A stretch of DNA of 64,000 nt from a bacterium (GTDB lineage: Bacteria; Actinomycetota; Acidimicrobiia; Acidimicrobiales; Ilumatobacteraceae): NCBI GenBank assembly GCA_046734535.1, contig JBKPRL010000136.1, positions 3,666 through 67,665 of the forward strand. The letters run 5' to 3'. The notes beneath the pieces were generated by a model. That model worked only from the letters and a program-made list of their open reading frames with translations. It was not told the origin of the DNA and ran no database searches. The translations under genes and the position numbers were made by a program. The stretch's first letter is position 1. Every line of letters begins with the position of its first letter. Shown piece by piece: positions 61,095 to 64,000 of the stretch.

Positions 61095-61154
61095 GCGCCT
61101 GAGGGCAGGAGGCGAGGCAGTCCGGCCGGGTGCGGAGCGGTCGGCCGGCCAGGG

Positions 61155-61640
61155 TCAGCCCGCGGGTGCGGGCCTCGGCGCGGACCGCCGCAGGTAGCGG
61201 CGCTGGAACTTCCACCGACCGTCCGCCCCGCGACGCAGTTCGTCTTGGTAGGCGAAGAAGATGAGCGGTATCGGGACGCCGTCGGTCCACCGCGTCGCCA
61301 AGCACCAGCACAGCGACTGCGCCTCGTCGGCCGAATCCGAGATGAGAAGGCCGGGTCCGGGAAGGTGCAGCATCGGTGCGTCGGCGCGGAAGTGGCCGGC
61401 GACGCGCTGGGCGATGGGCATCGGACCCTCGGCCACGCCGTAGTCGAGCTCCTGGCCGTCCCACGTGGCGTCGTCCGTGAACAGTGACGCCAGGTCCTCG
61501 ACCCGGCCGGCGTCGGCGTAGAGCGCGTACACCAGGAGCAGGTTCTGGATCTCGACGGCGTCGGTGGGAGACGGCGCCGACGCCCACCGCGATGCCAGCT
61601 CGAGGGCAGCCTGGTGACTGGTGCTGATGCCGGTGCTCAT
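61155..61640 (-). CDS. SnoaL_4-like NTF2-fold protein
   Basis: ATG 61640 (RBS GGAGGA) inside ORF 61155..61673: DAVEIQNLLLVYALYADAGRVEDL...DGRWKFQRR. Confidence 0.75.
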   Translation of the reverse strand: MSTGISTSHQAALELASRWASAPSPTDAVEIQNLLLVYALYADAGRVEDLASLFTDDATWDGQELDYGVAEGPMPIAQRVAGHFRADAPMLHLPGPGLLISDSADEAQSLCWCLATRWTDGVPIPLIFFAYQDELRRGADGRWKFQRRYLRRSAPRPAPAG

Positions 61641-61650
61641 CGGTCCTCCG

Positions 61651-62406
61651 TCAGACCGCGGTCTCGCCACCATCGGCGACGATCATGGTCCCGGTCACGA
61701 AGCTCGCGTCCGAGGAGAGCAGGAAGCAGATCGGCGCGGCGATCTCGTCCGGCTCGCCCACGCGCTGCTGCAGGTTCACGGCGCCGAAGGCCTTCGCCCC
61801 GGCGGCGACGTCGCCCCCGCCCCGCTGCTCCATGAGGGGTTCGGTCATCCCCGTCCGCACCCGGCCCGGCGCCACGACGTTGACCCGGATGTCAGGCGCG
61901 ACGTCGCGGGCCAGCTGCCTGCTGAAGGCGACGATGGCTCCCTTCGCCGCGCCGTAGGGCGCGTTGTGGTTGTTGGCGGTCAACGCCGCAGTGGAGGCGA
62001 TGTTGACGATCGAGCCTCCCGGACCGCGCTGGCGCAGCACCGGCACGGCGTGCTTGCAGACCAGGAACGTGCCCCCGGCATGCACGCTCAACATGCGGTT
62101 CCAGCGTTCGAGCGTCCACTCGTCCAGGGGACCGAACTCGGCGTGACCGGCCGCGTTGAGCACTGCATCGATCCGGCCCAGTCGGGAGACCGTGTCGGCG
62201 ATGGCCCGCTCGACCGACGCCTCGTCGGCGACGTCGGCGGCCAGCCCGATGCTGTTGTCCAGGTCGGCCGCGACCGCCTCGGCCCGGCCGAGGTCGAGGT
62301 CGACCACCGCGACGCGTCCGCCGCCGGCGACGAACCGCCGGGCGGTGGCGGCGGCGATCCCGGAGCCGCCCCCGGTGGCGAAGAGCACCTGTCCGTCGAA
62401 CGTCAT
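61651..62406 (-). CDS. SDR oxidoreductase
   Basis: ATG 62406 inside ORF 61651..62643: GQVLFATGGGSGIAAA...YGAAKGAIVA. Confidence 0.85.
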   Translation of the reverse strand: MTFDGQVLFATGGGSGIAAATARRFVAGGGRVAVVDLDLGRAEAVAADLDNSIGLAADVADEASVERAIADTVSRLGRIDAVLNAAGHAEFGPLDEWTLERWNRMLSVHAGGTFLVCKHAVPVLRQRGPGGSIVNIASTAALTANNHNAPYGAAKGAIVAFSRQLARDVAPDIRVNVVAPGRVRTGMTEPLMEQRGGGDVAAGAKAFGAVNLQQRVGEPDEIAAPICFLLSSDASFVTGTMIVADGGETAV

Positions 62407-62538
62407 CACGTCCCCTTCCGAGCCGGCCCCCGAGCTGGCGACGCCACCCACCCTAGTCATACTTTCTTGGCATCCTGCGCAGTTCTGCGACCGGTGGTGT
62501 GGCCACCGGCCGGCCGCCGGATCTGCCAGGCTCCGGTC

Positions 62539-63483
62539 GTGAGCAAGCACGCGGACCTGCGGCGCCTGCCAGTGCTCGACGGCGCCGATGTCGCCCGGTT
62601 GCTGCCCTACCTGGACCTCGTCGACGGGCTGCAGGAGGGTCATCGGCAGGCCGCGCCGATCGTGCGCCGGACCGTCTTCGGCCCCGACGGCGGCGACCAG
62701 TCCTTCCTCGGGCTGCCGGCCTGGCGCCCGGGCGACGTGCTCGGCGTCAAGCTCGTCACGGTGTTCCCGGCCAACACCGCCATCCCGACGGTGCAGGCCC
62801 TCTACGTCCTCTTCGACGGTCGTGACGGTGCCCCCCTGGCGCTGATGGACGGCACCGAGCTGACCTACCGGAAGACGGCGTGCGACTCAGCCCTCGGCTC
62901 CCGTTTCCTCTCCCGGGCCGACAGCCGTGTGCTCCTGATGGTCGGCGCGGGCGGGCTGGCGCCCCACCTCGTCGCCGCGCACCGTGCCGTGCGGCCGTCG
63001 ATCGAGCGGGTGCTGATCTGGAACCGCAGCCGGGACCGCGCCGCCGCGGTGGCCTCGACCCTGGGGGCCGAGGTGGCCGACGACATCGTGACCGCGGTCG
63101 AGCAGGCCGACATCGTCTGCACGGCGACGATGGCGAAGGATGCGCTGGTGGAGGGGCACTGGCTGCGTCCGGGCGCCCACCTCGACCTGGTCGGCGCCTA
63201 CCTCCCCGACCACCGCGAGGTCGATGACGAGGCGGTGGTGCGGGCCGAGATCTACGTCGACACGCGGGAGGTGACGACCGAGGAGGACGGCGACCTCGTG
63301 ATCCCGTTGGCGGCGGGCCTGATCACGCTCCAGGACATCCGCGGCGACCTCTTCCAGCTCTGCCGCGGCGAGGTGGACGGGCGGACCGACCCCAGCGCCA
63401 TCACGCTGTTCGAGAACGGCGGCGGCGGTCACCTCGACCTCATGGCGGCCGACCTGCTCTGGCGCCGCGCCAGCCTCCGGTGA
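62539..63483 (+). CDS. ornithine cyclodeaminase / mu-crystallin family protein
   Basis: GTG 62539 inside ORF 61621..63483: GVKLVTVFPAN...TELTYRKTACDSALGS...LLMVGAGGLAPH...LDLVGAYLPDHREVD. Confidence 0.8.
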   Translation: MSKHADLRRLPVLDGADVARLLPYLDLVDGLQEGHRQAAPIVRRTVFGPDGGDQSFLGLPAWRPGDVLGVKLVTVFPANTAIPTVQALYVLFDGRDGAPLALMDGTELTYRKTACDSALGSRFLSRADSRVLLMVGAGGLAPHLVAAHRAVRPSIERVLIWNRSRDRAAAVASTLGAEVADDIVTAVEQADIVCTATMAKDALVEGHWLRPGAHLDLVGAYLPDHREVDDEAVVRAEIYVDTREVTTEEDGDLVIPLAAGLITLQDIRGDLFQLCRGEVDGRTDPSAITLFENGGGGHLDLMAADLLWRRASLR

Positions 63484-64000
63484 CCGCCGCGCCGCCGTTA
63501 CCTCACGTTTTCTCGCCGCTCGCGCTCCGGCACCGGCTGCTGCCCTCCCGGATCACCTTCGGCGCCCACACTACGAACATGGCCGAGGGGGGCCGGCCCG
63601 GCGACCGCCACCTCGCCTACTACCGCGAGCGGGCGCTCGGCGGTGCGGCGATGATCGTCGTCGAGCCCGTCCCGACCCACGCCACGGGTGTGCTGACCCG
63701 GGGCAACTTCCTCGTCGACGACGACTCGCTCATACCGGACTTCCGCCGCATCACGGATGCCTGCCACGAGGCCGCGGACGTGACGATGGTCCAGCAGCTG
63801 TACCACGTCGGCCAGCACGGCGACGCCGACAACTCGTTCGCGCCGAGCTGGTCGCCCTCGGGGCTTCCCTCGTACCACGACGCCGATGGCAGCCACGCCA
63901 TGACCGCGGGCGAGATCGAGGAGCTGCTGGACGGCTTCGTGCGGGCCGCCGTCCGGGCGCAGCGGGCCGGCTTCGACGGGGTCGAGCTGTTCGCCGCGTA
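63480..64000 (+). CDS. NADH:flavin oxidoreductase (Old Yellow Enzyme family), C-terminus cut by window edge
   Basis: Not in the ORF track (no stop within the window). GTG 63480 overlaps the upstream stop (GTGA): ..VFSPLALRHRLLPSRITFGAHTTNMAEGGRPGDRHLAYYRERALGGAAMIVVEP...GFDGVELFAA. Confidence 0.75.
   Translation, partial: MTAAPPLPHVFSPLALRHRLLPSRITFGAHTTNMAEGGRPGDRHLAYYRERALGGAAMIVVEPVPTHATGVLTRGNFLVDDDSLIPDFRRITDACHEAADVTMVQQLYHVGQHGDADNSFAPSWSPSGLPSYHDADGSHAMTAGEIEELLDGFVRAAVRAQRAGFDGVELFAA

Overview
Very GC-rich (about 70% by eye; third codon positions are almost all G/C), gene-dense segment with about 74 CDS and short or overlapping junctions. It looks actinobacterial: many GTG starts, TANNNT -10 boxes and many F420/LLM-type enzymes. 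I recognised no rRNA, tRNA, CRISPR, transposase, integrase or phage genes, so nothing marks it as a mobile island. The window is a large redox/catabolic neighbourhood built from paralogue families:
- 10 luciferase-like (LLM) flavin/F420 oxidoreductases
- 9 SnoaL/NTF2-fold proteins
- 8 SDRs
- 4 Rieske oxygenase alpha subunits, with no ferredoxin, reductase or beta subunit in the window
- 4 TetR regulators
- 2 PPOX-class flavoproteins and 2 VOC proteins
- single copies of a P450, a KstD-like FAD dehydrogenase, a partial OYE, a Liv-type ABC importer, MetY, a fused E1 alpha-beta TPP dehydrogenase and a free-standing lipoyl domain.
Most noteworthy observations:
1. Two paralogous pairs of a Rieske oxygenase with a tightly coupled ~70-77 aa protein of unknown function.
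2. A module seen twice: APH-like kinase, small helical partner and NTF2 protein, preceded by a flavoreductase. It recalls kinase/partner pairs of hydroxyacyl-CoA catabolism but has no acyl-CoA dehydrogenase.
3. A palindromic operator family, GGCAAC-N4-GTTGCC, in three divergent promoter regions.
4. An AT-rich AAGAAAC-containing motif that I found only in intergenic DNA (six exact hits).
5. A free-standing lipoyl domain coupled to an acyl-CoA synthetase, plus an orphan fused E1.
6. A TetR / Rieske / KstD-like / NTF2 operon with steroid-ring-opening logic.
7. An NTF2 gene with no canonical start codon.
All functional calls come from reading the translated sequences. No searches were run.
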